The position numbers and the translations under genes were made by a program. The notes under the pieces were generated by a model, which did not search any database, had not been told where the DNA came from, and saw only the letters and a program-made list of their open reading frames with translations. 64,000 bases of DNA, taken from Cetorhinus maximus. Its lineage: Eukaryota. The stretch covers positions 84,382,001 to 84,446,000 of the forward strand of contig NC_135897.1 of assembly GCF_964194155.1 (NCBI RefSeq), written 5' to 3'. Positions 1-12,467 of this stretch are shown here, in pieces; positions within the stretch are counted from its first letter, which is position 1, and every line of letters begins with the position of its first letter.

Positions 1-112
1 GTCATTGGTTCTTGTACTGAACGCTAGATTATTAATCGAAATGTTAAGACTGAAAGATGTAAAAATCTAAGGTCTTGATTTTGGAGGCAGGTATTTTGCA
101 AAATTAGTTGCA

Positions 113-326
113 AGCCTTCGGAGCTCTTCCTCAAAAGGCTGTGGAAGCAGAGCCTTTGAATGCTTTTAAGGCGGAGCTAGATAGATTCTTGATTAACAAG
201 GTGGTGAAAGGTTATTGGTGTGGACAGGAATGTGGGGTTGAAGTTACAAGCTATGATCTTATTGAATAGCGGAGCAGGCTAGAGGGGCCGATTGGCCTAC
301 TCCTGCTCCTAATTGGTATGTTTGTA
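113..326 (+). mobile_element. CR1 LINE 3' end fragment
   Basis: FKAELDRFL-coding end and 3' tail gaggggccgattggcctactcctgctcct. Absent from duplicate copy B. Confidence 0.8.
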
Positions 327-986
327 AAATTTGCTTTAAAAGCATGGCCGAATGTTTCTTTCTGAAAATTTCTGTTCAGAAACCTACTTTTGTTGAAACG
401 AATGTCAGAATTTGCATTTGTCTGGTGCCTTCCCCTTTTATACGATTGCACCGTAAGTACAAAAGCACCCGAGGGTTATGTGCTGAAGTGCCTGGATTTG
501 GACTTGAGCCCGTGTATGACCTTCTGTCTCTAACGCGATAGTGCACGCACTAAGTCAAGATGGACTCCTTGTTGTTATAGAACAAGCTAACCATAGACAT
601 CACCACTTCAGAGGGAAGATTTATTTAATAGCAAATGCCTGATAAAATTCCACACTCGTTTAAGAGAGTTACTGTCCACTGACACTTCTTCACAATGTTT
701 AAATGGTATCAAACCTAAATGCCTGGAAGACAACAAAACAGAGCGCAGTGATCACTGACGTGGTTAAAATGATTGTTTATGTGCACGTCCTTGAGTTCAT
801 TGCTAATCTGGATTTAGTTCAACATATCTGATGTGATGTTCTCAAAGTATCATCAAATGCAAAGAAACACTTGGATATGAAAAATCTTTCTGAAGAAGCA
901 GGTATCAAGTTCTGAAGGAATAACCAATCTCAACCTGACACAGAAGATCATTGTATATATAATCCCACAAACACAAAAGAAAAACC

Positions 987-1080
987 ACCTACCTGACTAA
1001 AAGTGTTTGATGTGGTATTACTCTGAGCCTGTCAGATTAAGAGTTTCTTGCAGCGATGCTGGACTGGAGTTGTGTCTTTT
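987..1080 (-). other. Putative non-coding 5' exon of an unseen paralogue left of the window
   Basis: Homologue of 10543-10635 with the same CAG|GTAGGT donor. Confidence 0.45.
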
Positions 1081-1252
1081 TTTAATATCATGATATTATT
1101 GGCGAATTTGTGCTGTTCAGCTGTTCCTTTAATGAGAAGTGCCATGATTGGTCAACAGCAGTGGTTCAGTCATTGTTATTTTGAGTAATACTGATGTATA
1201 ACAGGAAATAGTGTGTTTAACTTAAAGATCTAATAATGCATTGTATAGATTC

Positions 1253-1253
<1 letters not shown>

Positions 1254-1284
<31 letters not shown>
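1254..1284 (+). repeat. (TG)n microsatellite
   Basis: About 15 TG units; only a short tgtgtgtgt run at the homologous site near 10846. Confidence 0.95.
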
Positions 1285-1285
<1 letters not shown>

Positions 1286-2443
1286 ATACCTCGGTTTTAA
1301 ACTTTTGATTAAAAAAAAACAATTGTCACTTTATTTTGATGTGTGGAGAGTTTGCCTTTTGCTAAATTTGAATTTATACCACAATCTGTGTCACCTTGGT
1401 TTGCCTAAATTTGGAGCTGTGGTCTTCATGTGGTATCAGCGATAAGGAGGCGTTGGAGACGATGCAAAAAGGTTTCAGAAGGATGTTCCCAGAATTGAGA
1501 GAATAGAATTATCAGGAAAGGCTGAAGAGGCAGGAGCACTTTTCTGTGGAAAAGAAAAGGTTGGGGAGTAACCTGATAGGGGCCTTTAAGATTACAAAAA
1601 GTTTGATAGGTTAAAAGTGGAAAAAATGCTGCTTTTTATGCACGAGTCTAAAGTGTTTTGAAAGTTGGGTTGAGGTTGAACAATGTGATTTAAAGCAAAC
1701 AAAACCTTACATTTGGCAGTAGGCCCATATATTATTGTCTACTGGAACTGAGTAGAACTAGACTGAGTTAGTGTGTCCTGTTCCTATTGACATTTGTGGC
1801 TTGGACTGGAACCACTGTGTCCCTGGTTCTCTGCCCCTCCCTGGAGTTGTTCTGTATTCTTTTCTCCTACAGAGAGAGAAAGCAGAGGATTGCATGTGTG
1901 AGAAACAGATTGTTTGGAGAAGAGGAAAGGACAACATCTGTGGAGGATGAGTGAGATAGCACAAAGATAAGAGTGCGTGTGTGTTGGCTGGTCAAATGGG
2001 GATTGGGAGGAGGTGTCTGGATAGAGGGGAATGAGTGGAGCTGCAAGGTATGTTGGTCTGAGTGTTATATAGGAGAATGCTGGGGAAGGCAGAGTGTGGG
2101 GTTTGGCGCCTGAAAGTGTTTTAGCCACTTTCTCGCCCTCCTGAGGTCCTAGATCCTCTTATGGCATTGTCTCCAGGTTTGAGGGATTACACTCCTCCTG
2201 CAGACATCCCCAAGCCTTTTCCATTCATACCTACTTCATTGGGGAGTTTGGCCTCATGTTTCTCAAGGACTGGAGAGAATACCTCACTGCTCTCAGTCAG
2301 AACCTGCAGCCTGACCTCCAAGGCAAGATTTGAAGAGCCTCGCGGGTAGCCCTCCCTGTTTTCCTTTCCAGTTCTGTGACTACTGAAGCCACGGAAATCA
2401 ATATCGGGATTTCCCAGACGAGAGTCGCATAGATGTAGCTATT

Positions 2444-3260
2444 GTCATGAACGCTGAACTTTACAATGTGATTATGTTTGAAAATGTCCCCTTTAACTTA
2501 CAATAAAACAGAACGTCCTGAAATGGGGTGGGGAGGTCGTCAGGGTGGGTTCCTGAGAAATACCACCGTTTGGAGAAATGCCAAAGTAATCCGGTTGTTT
2601 TGGAGAGAGAAACTAAAATGGAAACTCATTGGAGTGAGGTGGCAGCACTTGCATGATCTCACAGAAAAGGCAGCTGCTGTTTGAGATGCTGAAACAAAGC
2701 AGCTTTCTCTGTGGAAAAGCAGGGTGAACCGTTTCATGGTAACAGCCAAGCAGGATGCTTGTGAGAGTTTGGTTTCTGTTCAAAAAAAAGTGAATAGAAT
2801 AGACTTGGCTTTTGGAAGATTTAATGAATGGTGAGTTGTCTTGATGTGGCTTGCTGGTGGTAATTGGATCCTGAAAACTTGAACGGGGAGTGGAGTGATT
2901 GTTGAAGGACTCTGGAAGTTTAGACCTGGCATGGCGGGCAGATGTGAATCTCTGCTGGAGAGCTGGCAATGAATGTAGGATTGTTCCCGTGGTGCCACAT
3001 CTCTGTCAGAAGCGATGTGTTGCATGTAAAGGCATTTCCTAAAACATATTTCGGATTTGTTAATTATTAAATGTGAAACATACCATTTTAGCTTGTTGTA
3101 TCAGTTGCTTGTCATTTGATGCTTGATCCTTGTTATTTTAGTTTGTTACATTAAAGCAAGATCTTGTCCACCTGAGTATTTCTGTTGGTAGTTTGTGAAA
3201 TTTGTCTCTTTTATAAAAAAAAGTTATTGGTCCCTATAAGGATGATCTACATCGTCCCTA
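2444..3260. mobile_element. Probable decayed solo LTR
   Basis: Starts tgtcatgaac just where duplicate homology ends; non-coding, LTR-like composition. Family not identifiable. Confidence 0.3.
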
Positions 3261-3728
3261 GGCAAGGGAGTAAGATAAATACAATGCAAATAACAAAGGA
3301 AACATGTACCATTGTTCACCAAAAGACCCTTTCTTTTAAATAATGCTACATAATCTTTTTGAAAGAGTTAGCTGCATTTAATTTATTTCTTTTCATCTGG
3401 TCCAATGGTCACTTCACAACTGTTGAGCTAATGTAACAGCACTTTGGTCTTGCTTCACATTCTAATATGCTGACATGCTGTTTGGAAAGCTCATGGTTGT
3501 ACTATCTTTATGCAGGCTTTTTTTCTAAAATGGGAACTTCCTCTTTCAATTTACACAATATCTGTTTATTTTAAATGGCTGCAGGTCTTCAGGCTGAGGA
3601 TTATCCTGTTCACCCTCAAAACTAGCTCCCTTGTCAATGCAAGTGCACAAACACACCAGTGTCCAACTTCTGCTGAATGTACAGAAGGAGAGGAAGGTGG
3701 CAAAGCTGCAAGTGCCCAGTGCAATCAA

Positions 3729-4424
3729 GGGCAGAATTTCACGTTTCCCTGTGAAATATCTCGAACGGCTTTCCCACCAGGCTCCCACCTGTCCAGACCT
3801 TCCCTCAATTTTCTGCTGAGATGGATGAGGCTGTTGCTGGCCCACCTGCCGTTGCTCCAGTTAAGGGCCTTAAGTGGCCAGTTATTGGCTGCTTAAAGGC
3901 CGTTTCCCGCCTAGGTTCAATTTTCTGGCTAGCGAGATGAATTCAGGTGCCGGGGAAACCCGAAAATTAACCATGTTTAGGTCTCATGTTGGGTCAGGTG
4001 GTGCCAGGTGCCTCCATGAGCAGCCTCCTTTTCATAACAGGCATCTCCACCCCACCCCGCCCCCAAACCCCACCTGTGCCAAATGGACTGGCTCACGCCG
4101 GTCCTCCCTCTCCCTGGCCTCTCCTGCAACACACCACCCTCCTTTTCCCACCCCTACCCTAGAACCTCACCTCCCCATCCTGCCCTGAGACCCCAAAAGT
4201 GGCCCTGGGCTCATGGAACTTGGGCTGCATGGATAGCTTACAGTCTCAGCCCTGTCCACTGGAGCTTCTGGCGCTGCAGGAACTAGAGAGCTGCTGGCCA
4301 ATCAGATTGGCTGGCAGCTCTCTGGAGGGACTTCGTCCCGAATGAGGGGCAGTAGTTCCGCCTCCAACCAATTAATACTTGTTAGAGCGTTAAATGGCTG
4401 CACGGCAGGCAGTATTGGCGGGAC
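3729..4424. mobile_element. Harbinger-type MITE, left part; the right end probably resumes at about 6310-6377 after a LINE insertion
   Basis: Begins gggcagaatttc, the terminal repeat shared with the elements at 27324, 44667 and 55294. GC-rich body. Confidence 0.6.
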
Positions 4425-6309
4425 TACTTCCATGCCAAACAGCACAAGCAGCAGGAGAAAGACAGAGCTAAGTTTGCCCGCAACGTACGGATCAGATCTA
4501 AGCTCTGCAGTCCTGCTAGATCCAATCGTGAATGGTGGTGGACAATTAAACAACTCACTGGAGGTGGAGGCTCCACAAATACCCCCATCCTCAATGCCCA
4601 GTACATCAGTGCAAAAGACAAGGCTGAACATTTGCTACAATCTTCAGACAGAAGGGCCAAGTGGATGATTCATCTTGGCCTTCTCCGGAGGTCCCCAGCA
4701 TCACAGATGCTAGTCTTCAGCCAATTTGATTCACTCCACGTGATATCAAGAAATGGCTGAAGGCACTGGATACTGCAAAGGCTATGGGCCCTGACAGTAT
4801 TCCGGCAATAGTACAGAAGACTTGTGCTCCAGAATTTTCCGCGCCCCTAGCTAAGCTGTTCAGTACAGCTACAACACTGGCATCTACCCGGCTATATGGA
4901 AAATTGCCCAGGTACACAAAAAGCAGGACAAATCCAACCCGGCCAATTACCGCCCCATCAATCTTCTCTCGATCATCAGTAAAACAATGGAAAGAGTCAT
5001 CAACAGTGCTATCAAGCGGCACTTGCTTAGCAATAACCTACTCACTGACGCCTCGTTTGGGTTCTGCCAGGACCACTCAGCTCTTGACCTCATTGCAGCC
5101 TTGGTTCAAACATGGACAAAAGAGCTGAACTCCCGAGGTGAGGTGAGAGTCACTGCACTTGACGTCAAGGCCGCATTTGACCGGGTGTGGCATCAAGGAG
5201 CCCAAGCAAAACTGGAGTCAATGGGAATTAGGGGGAAAACTTTCGCTGGTTGGAGTCATACCTAGCACAAAGGAAGATGGTTGTGGCTGTTGGAGGTCAG
5301 TCATCTTAGCTCCAGGACATCATTGCAAGAGTTCCTCAGAATAGTGTCCTCAGCCCAACCATCTTCAGCTGCTTCATTAATGACCTCCCTTCCATCATAA
5401 GGTCAGAAGTGGGGATGTTCGCTGATGATTGCACAATGTTCAGCACCATTCGCAACTCCTCAGATACTGAAGCAGCCCATGTCCAAATGCAGCAAGACCT
5501 GGACAATATCCAGGCTTGGGCTGACAAGTGGCAAGTAACAATTGCGTCACACAAGTGTCAGGCAATGACCATCTCCGACAAGAGAGAATCCAACTACTGC
5601 TCCTTTCTGTTCAGTGGCATTACCATCACTGAATCCCCCACATTCTGGGGGTTACCGTTGACCAGAAACTGAACTGGACTAGCCATAGAAAAACTGTGGC
5701 TATAAGAGCAGGTCAGAGGCTAGGAGTTGTACGTCGAGTAACTCACCTCCTGACTCCCCAAAACCTGTCCACCATCAGCAAGGCACAAGTCAGGAGTGCG
5801 ATGGAATACTCCCCACTTGCCTGGATGAGTGCAGCTCCCACAACACTCAAGAAGCTGGACACCATCCAGGACAAAGCAGCCCGCTTGATTGGCACCACAT
5901 CCACAAACATTCACTCCCTCCACCACCGACACACAGAGGCAGCAGTGTGTACCATTTACAAGATGCACTGCAGGAATTCACCAAGGCCCCTTCGAAAGCA
6001 CCTTCCAAACCCACAACCACTACCATCTGGAAGGACAAGGGCAGCAGATAGATGGGATCACCACCACCTGGAAGCTCCCCTCCAAGTCACTCACTGTCCT
6101 GACCTGGAAATATATCGCTGTTTCTTCACTGTCGCTGGGTCAAAATCCTGGAACTCCCTTCCTAACAGCACTGTGGGTGTACCTACACCAAAAGGGACTG
6201 CAGAGGTTCAAGAAGGCAGCTCACCAGCACCTTCTCAAGGGCAACTAGGAATGGGCAATGAATGCTGGCCCAGCAGAGAAACCCACATCCCGTGAATGAG
6301 TTAAAAAAA
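4425..6309 (+). mobile_element. CR1/L2-clade LINE (family B), 5'-truncated, decayed RT
   Basis: GPDSIP, NYRPI, ALDVKAAFDRVWH, PTIFSCFINDL, MFADD. 3' tail gggcaatgaatgctggcccagc...cacatcccgtgaatgag followed by an A run. Confidence 0.92.
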
Positions 6310-7064
6310 GGATGATTTTGCCGCTGACTCCTCGGATGGCGGGAGGAGAAACCCTGTCATCTTAACACTCCTGGACCAACAGAATTTCTCTGATCTTTGC
6401 TGTATTTAGCCCTCCCTCGCTCCCAATTTTCTGATCACTGAAATGAACATATTGACCTGAAATGGTCTCTCTCATTTTCCAGGTATTAATAAGATGTCTC
6501 TTTAAGATTAAACACTATGGCTGTATGTTGCTATATTTCTCTAAGACGGTAATGTTATATGTTATACAGCCATCAACGGTGGACACAGTGAAGCGTGAAT
6601 TTTCTTGATCAGAATGCTTCAGTCAGTTTATGTCAAAATCAGATGAAGCAATGTGATTGTGCAATGTTCCAAAATTCTACTTTATAGTTACATCCTTGTG
6701 TTTTCTACTGCAAATTATGAAACATATGTGTTTCCTACTGAAAATTATGAAACATGTAAGCCATCTATGTGTATACATTTTTCACTCTTATTGAAGTTAC
6801 AGGAGATAGCTATCTGTGAGGTGACTCGTTACTTTTAAAACTTCTTTTGTGAGTCTTTATGATTCTGCCACCAGAATAAGAGAGTGAGACACTAGGAGCT
6901 GGTGCATGTATGGTTACTTAGATACAAGTTTCTTAGTATCTTCCTATCCTTAGTGAATGATCTGGTTGCTGTGATTATGGTAAATTTGAACCTGGGTGAA
7001 TGCCATGGTTGCTGGTGATTGTGATGCCAGAGGTCCTGGGGTCTGGGTTCAAACTGAGGTATTA

Positions 7065-7268
7065 AAATCTTCCTTGGCCAATATGTATTCCTCAGCTGAC
7101 ATCACCAGGGGCAGACCAACTTAATTCATCTCATTGCTGTCTTGTGGGATCTTGTTGTATATAACTTGGTCACTGTTTTTGACAAGAAAACAAAATCGTG
7201 TCTATATTTCAAAAACATTTCGATCACCCTGAAGCACTTTTGCAGTAGGCATTACATGAACTCAGTGC
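7065..7268 (+). mobile_element. DeuSINE (SacSINE1-like) 3' remnant
   Basis: tccttggccaatatgtattcctcagc...ttgtgggatcttgttgt matches the body of the 46050-46430 copy. Confidence 0.5.
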
Positions 7269-7269
7269 C

Positions 7270-7275
7270 TTTATT
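7270..7275 (-). terminator. Candidate polyadenylation signal of paralogue A
   Basis: AATAAA on the minus strand about 90 nt after the stop codon. Confidence 0.3.
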
Positions 7276-7364
7276 CTTCCCATCTCCCAAACATTTTTTT
7301 CAAATCTCTTCAGGAGTTTCGGTTTCCTTCTTAGTAATTTGAATAATCGAGGTCAAGGAGAGGT

Positions 7365-8441
7365 TCAAGGTGATTTTGCAAGGTTTGTGTTACGTTCTTT
7401 TACAGTGTCTGCTGTTGGTTCGTTGAGCACAGATTGTGAAGCGTTAGCATGTAAGGACAGATTGTTGGGGGAACCATTGGCCTTTGAGTTTCTTTCCAGA
7501 CCTAACTTTGACCTGAATGCCTTACAAAACAGAAAGTAGATCACAGGATCGAAGCAGGCGTTAAGCGTTGACAGCACAATGGCAGATTCTTTAAAGTGGT
7601 AAAGAGTCTTTTTCCAAAAACATCCAATGATGACATTAATCTGACTTAAAATGTAAGCAAGCCTTGCGATGTGGTAGGGAACAAAACAAACTAAGAAGAC
7701 AGTAAGGAGGATGAGGATGTTGTTCTTTGCCTTGGCTTGCTTCTTGAGTGAGCTTGGAGATGGGGATTTGTCAAGACGTTTTGCAGTTTGAAAGTAAAAG
7801 AAGCAAAGCCCCATTAGCACGCAGAGAAACAGAAATGTGCCTCCAACATGGAGGAATATATGCCAGTGAATTCCCGTACCACTTCTAAATCCTAAACATG
7901 TTTCTTTTGTACTATTCTGGGCTGGCTTTTTCCATGTCAGGTACACGTATGAAACTCCAAGGCTGAGAAGTACACACCAGGTTCCAATGGAGACAATTTT
8001 TGCAGACTTGGGTCTTTGAAATGCATATATTTTCAATGGTTTGACAATTTTCAGGTATCTAGTGGCCGCAATGTATCCCAGGAAGAGAATGCTTGAGTAC
8101 ATGTTCAAATAGAAGATGCATGTCGTAAAATTGCAGTAGATTATTCTCAGTATTGTGGAGCCCAAATTGCGCTCTCCTACGATTCTTATAGGCAGTGAGA
8201 GGACCAGCAAGAAATCGGCTACGACCAGGTTCTTTAAATAGATGATGATGCTGTTGCGGTTGGGAACGTGACAGAAGTAGACCCAGAAAGCCAGGCTGTT
8301 GAGAATGATTCCAACTACACAAACTAACGAATAGGCAGTAATCGTAAATATTGCCAAGCCACCAGAAGAAAACTGGCACGTGATGTTGCCAGAGGAATTT
8401 GTGCTTGAGCCAATCTCGATGCTTGCTGTAGGGTCAGCCAT
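7365..8441 (-). CDS. P2Y14/GPR87-group class A GPCR, ATRY-type paralogue A (358 aa, single coding exon)
   Basis: Intact ORF with 7 hydrophobic segments. TM2 YLKNLVVADFLL..LP, TM3 C..FYLNMYSSILFLGYIAATRY, TM6 CFVPYHxxR, TM7 KExxx..DPVIY. N-terminal sequons NSS/NIT; N-terminal, ECL2 and ECL3 cysteines. Splice acceptor ...aacattcAG lies 8 nt before the ATG. Confidence 0.93.
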   Translation of the reverse strand: MADPTASIEIGSSTNSSGNITCQFSSGGLAIFTITAYSLVCVVGIILNSLAFWVYFCHVPNRNSIIIYLKNLVVADFLLVLSLPIRIVGERNLGSTILRIIYCNFTTCIFYLNMYSSILFLGYIAATRYLKIVKPLKIYAFQRPKSAKIVSIGTWCVLLSLGVSYVYLTWKKPAQNSTKETCLGFRSGTGIHWHIFLHVGGTFLFLCVLMGLCFFYFQTAKRLDKSPSPSSLKKQAKAKNNILILLTVFLVCFVPYHIARLAYILSQINVIIGCFWKKTLYHFKESAIVLSTLNACFDPVIYFLFCKAFRSKLGLERNSKANGSPNNLSLHANASQSVLNEPTADTVKERNTNLAKSP

Positions 8442-8803
8442 CGGTACACCTGAATGTTAAGGCAGAATATGTTATTTTTCTGAAATGGCATCATGTAACA
8501 ATTTGCTAAAAGAGGCAATCCTTGAAAAGTGTTGGGACGGGGATTAAGTATTGTGATCGACTAATTATTTTTTGATAACTGGCTGTTGATGTACTTTCCA
8601 TTCATTATGGAATGTTAGTAATGCAACAGCAAACCATGACAACAGACTTGATGTGCTTTGTGTTAAAGCAAACAATAGCTTTTCTCAGGAAAAGGCACTT
8701 AACACTGCCCATCTTTAACAAAAAGCCTTTGATATATCACTTTGTCACAACGTTGCAGAATTTATGTAACTACAGTTTGAAGACTTTGTGCTTGTTCATC
8801 TTG

Positions 8804-8920
8804 AAAGAAAGAGCTTGCATTTATATAGCACCTTTCATAAATTCAGGATGTCCAAAAGCACTTTACATCTAATGAAGTACTTTTGAAGTGTAGTCACTGT
8901 TGTAATACAGGAAATACATG
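8804..8920 (-). mobile_element. DeuSINE 3' tail fragment
   Basis: aaagaaagagcttgcatttatatagcaccttt...gaagtacttttgaagtgtagtcactgttgtaat. Confidence 0.65.
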
Positions 8921-9479
8921 AACAGATTTCACAAATTGTATTGCGTTCAATACATTAATTGTTTATTCTCTGGATCTCTTGTTTTCGATTCTGGTAAATG
9001 AATGATAAATAGTAATTAAGAACTCTGAATCTGTGAATGCCACAAAATGCATGGGGGAAACTGCATTGGTTTAGGTTATGAACTCATAACCTGGACTTAC
9101 TTCCTCCTATCTGCTGGTCTTCAAACAAAAAGCAAATATCAAATGTTGGAAACTTTAAGTGCCAATAATATGTGAACTTTGTCCATTACCTGCTCTTCCC
9201 CCATTTCATTTCATTCACCTTATAAAGTAGTCTATTTACCTTTTAGATCTAACAAAAAGATTCACACCTAAATGCTATTGCAATCTAAGGCGTTGATAAA
9301 CCTGGCGTGTTTTTCCAGTGCGTTCTCTTTTCATCCCTATTAGCTGCAGTTGTATTTGCCTGTGATTAACATAAACATTTTGCAGCAACGTGACTGTTTC
9401 AGCGATTCACAGAAGAGTGCTTTCAGGATGTGTGTGTGACAGCGCCTCTTTTCGAGTCAAAACAAATAAACTAAATTAA

Positions 9480-9705
9480 CAAAATCAGGGACAAATTAAA
9501 AAGCAGCCCCTTAAAGGGAAACTGCAAAAACAGAGACAAAATTTAAAGGAAACTGACAAACATCAAACCAAAATGTGATCGAGGATCAATAAAACACTCC
9601 GGCCCCTGCGGGTGCCCACCGGGCATTGAAGGCTTCAACGGTGCCAGCGGACATTGCTGTGCTCTCTCTCCAGGGACACCCGACGACGAATGTAGCCACG
9701 GGAAA
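9480..9705 (-). mobile_element. Tx1/L1-like LINE 3' end
   Basis: Minus-strand peptide RGYIRRRVSLERE..AGTVEAFNARWAP followed by a T-rich 3'UTR. Confidence 0.55.
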
Positions 9706-10542
9706 CTTAGACGTTTCCACTCTAATGAAGGGAGTTACACACCTGCTTTCTAATTCTGTGTGAATGAAATTTTCCAAATCTGACCATTGGTCATTGTACC
9801 GAATGCTAGATTCATAACTGAAAAGTTAAGAAAGAAAGATGGAAAGAGCTAAGATTTTGATTTTGGTTGCGGGGTGTTATTTACCCTGGTTTGCTTTAAA
9901 ATTATGGACAAATGTTTTTTCTCCTAAAAATTTGACTGCTTTTAAAAAGCTTACTTTTGTTGAAGCAAAAGTCAGAATTTGCTTTTATCTGTTGACTTGC
10001 ACTTCCCCAGTACTGCATTGTTACATGTCAGCCTAGATTATATGCTTTAGTTTCTGGAGTGGGACTTGAGCCCATGTATAACCTTGTGTCCCTAATGCAA
10101 TAGTGCTAACACTAGTGAATTGCTTGTTACTATAGAAATAATTAACCATAGACTGCTCTGCTTCAAAGGGAAGATTTCTTTAATGGCAAATACCAGATCA
10201 AGTTCCACACCTATTTAAGAGTGTTAGTCTACACCAAGGTTTACCTCACAATGTTTAAATAGCAACAAACCTAAATGCCTGGATGGTGACAAAGCAGAGC
10301 GCAGTGATCACTGACGTGGTTAAATTGATGGTTTATGTGCACGTCTTCGATTTCATTGCTAGTTTGGATTTCGTTGATGACATCTGATTTAATGTCCTCA
10401 AAGCACCTTCAAATGCAAAGAAACGCTTGGATGTGAAAAATCCTTCTCAAACAGCATGGAGCAAGTTCAAAACGAACCACCAGTCTCAACATGACACTGA
10501 TGGTCTCTGTATATATAATCCCAGAAACGCACAAGTAAAATC

Positions 10543-10635
10543 ACCTACCTGACTGAAAGTTTTTGATGTGGTATTATTCTGTGCCTGTCAGATCAAGAGT
10601 TTCTTGCAGCGATGCTGGACTGGGCTTGTGTGTAA
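10543..10635 (-). other. Putative non-coding 5' exon of paralogue A
   Basis: Minus-strand donor CAG|GTAGGT at 10551-10543, conserved in the duplicate (995-987) within a well-conserved block. No ATG in the exon. This gene family typically has 5'UTR exons. Confidence 0.5.
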
Positions 10636-11039
10636 AAAAAAATGTTTTTTAATCCTTGCGATATTCCTGGTCAAGTTGTGCTGTTCAGCATTTCCCAGAC
10701 TTAGTAAATAGCGAGATGAATAATCAAGTGCTCAGTCAGAAGTTCAGCTCTGACCAACATTATGAGTTTACTAGTGATGTAAAACAGGAAACATGGTGTT
10801 CAATTTAGAGATCTGACTATGCATTGCATTATTTCCTTGTTTGATGTGTGTGTTTCACATCAGACCTTGGTTTTAAACATTTTGTTGAAGTATGGAGAGT
10901 TTGCCTTTATAAAACGTTCTTTGCCACCTTGGTTAGTTTAAATTGGCAGTTCTGGTCTCCATGTGATAACAATGATAAGGAAGCACTGGGCAAGGTGTAA
11001 AAAGATTTCACAAGGGTGATACCAGAACTGAGAGGATTA

Positions 11040-11872
11040 TTGTCGTCAGCTGACCCTTGATTCGGCGATGACGTCTACTGAGGGTTGGGAGTTTCTGTTA
11101 TGGGTCTTCGTGTCACTGAACAGGCCGATTCTTGATCCACAGATCTTTGGACACATGGCATGTAGGATGTCCCACCAAGTAGTGGGATCTGGAATGCAGG
11201 ATTATCTTCTTTTTCTTTCTTTCTTCTCTGCCATGGTGCCTCATCATTAAGGTGTTTGGACTCTTAAGCTCAAAACCGCTTGATGGTCAAGTTGTCGCCA
11301 TTTTGAACGATTGGTAAAGAGCTCCTCCCAGTCATTAATGGCAATGCTGCCACACTTCAGGGAGAGCTTCAGATTGCCTTTGAAGCAATTTCTTTGTGCT
11401 CTCCTGGAACACTGGTCGTTTGAGGGTTGGGAAAGCAGGATCTGGCTAGGGAGACACCGTTTGGCCTTCTGGACACTCTGTGCAGTCCTTTGAAGTTGAT
11501 TTTGCAGGAGCTTTGCCTAAATGCTTGTGGAGCTGGCATCAAGGAGGATGATCCTGCCATTGTTCATGGAATTTCTCCAGCACTCTTATGTGTCGCTCAT
11601 AGACGTAGGGGAATGTGGTGATGGCCTCGGACTTTTGCTGACTTGCAGAGATCTTTTTTGTCAAACACTCGTGGCTGTAGCTTGTAGAAGGCTGAGCTGG
11701 TGCAGCTGATCTGGCAATGTCCACCCGTGACGTCAAGGTTGGGAAGAGGTGCTAGACAATGGGAGGTCCAAAAGGTCGTCAGTGGTAGGGCACGCGAAGG
11801 AAGATTGTGTGTTTTAACAGCTGTGAAGGTGGAAGACAGCTGCAGCGGCAGGGTGGTCCTGGTCGCCTTGCC
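11040..11872 (-). mobile_element. RTE-clade LINE 3' fragment
   Basis: Minus-strand YSHECL..Y.RHIRVLEKFH and C-terminal C.SRIGLFS motifs; decayed. Confidence 0.7.
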
Positions 11873-12467
11873 TCAACATATGACTGAGAGGATACAACTC
11901 ACCTCCTGACTCACCAAAGCCTGTCCACCATCTACAAGGCACAAGTCAGAAGTGTGATGGAATACCCCCCACTTGCCTGAATGACTGCAGCTCCCACAAC
12001 ACTTGAGAAGCTTGATACCCTCCAGGATAAAGCAGCGCGCTTGATTGGCACCCTGTCCACAAACATTCATTCACTCCACTACCGTTGCATAGTGGCAGCA
12101 ATGTGCGCCATCTACAAGATGCGCTGCAGAAACTCATCAAGGCTCCTTGGGCAGCACCTTCCAAACCCACGACCGCTACCATCTAGAAGGACAAGGGCAG
12201 CAGATACATGGGAACATCACCGCCTGGAAGTTCCCCTCCAAGCCACGCCCCATCCTGACTTGGAACTATATCGCCGGCCCTTCGACGTCACTGGGTCAAA
12301 ATCCTGGCACTCCCTCCCTAACAGCACTGTGGGTGTACCTACGCCACATGGACTGCAGTGGTTCAAGAAAGCCGTTCACCACCACCTTCTCAAGGGCAAC
12401 TAGGGATGGGCAATAAATGCTGGCCTAGCCAGCGACGTCCACATCCCGTAAACGAATTTTAAAAAAT
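11873..12467 (+). mobile_element. Family B LINE 3' end
   Basis: AAPTTLEKLDTLQDKAARLIG; same tail as 4425-6309. Confidence 0.9.

Larger units (their letters stand above)
1..2405. repeat. Segmental duplicate (copy A) of the upstream/intron-1 region of the paralogue A gene
   Basis: Colinear with 9786-13358. Shared unique strings include gagcgcagtgatcactgacgtggttaaa, aagagtttcttgcagcgatgctggactgg and gagtagaactagactga. Confidence 0.9.

Noticed and set aside
5696-6295. 199-aa ORF (also the 196-aa ORF at 37941 and the 203-aa ORF at 48666) as host genes
   Set aside because: These are residual LINE ORF2 frames; the surrounding elements contain stops and frameshifts.
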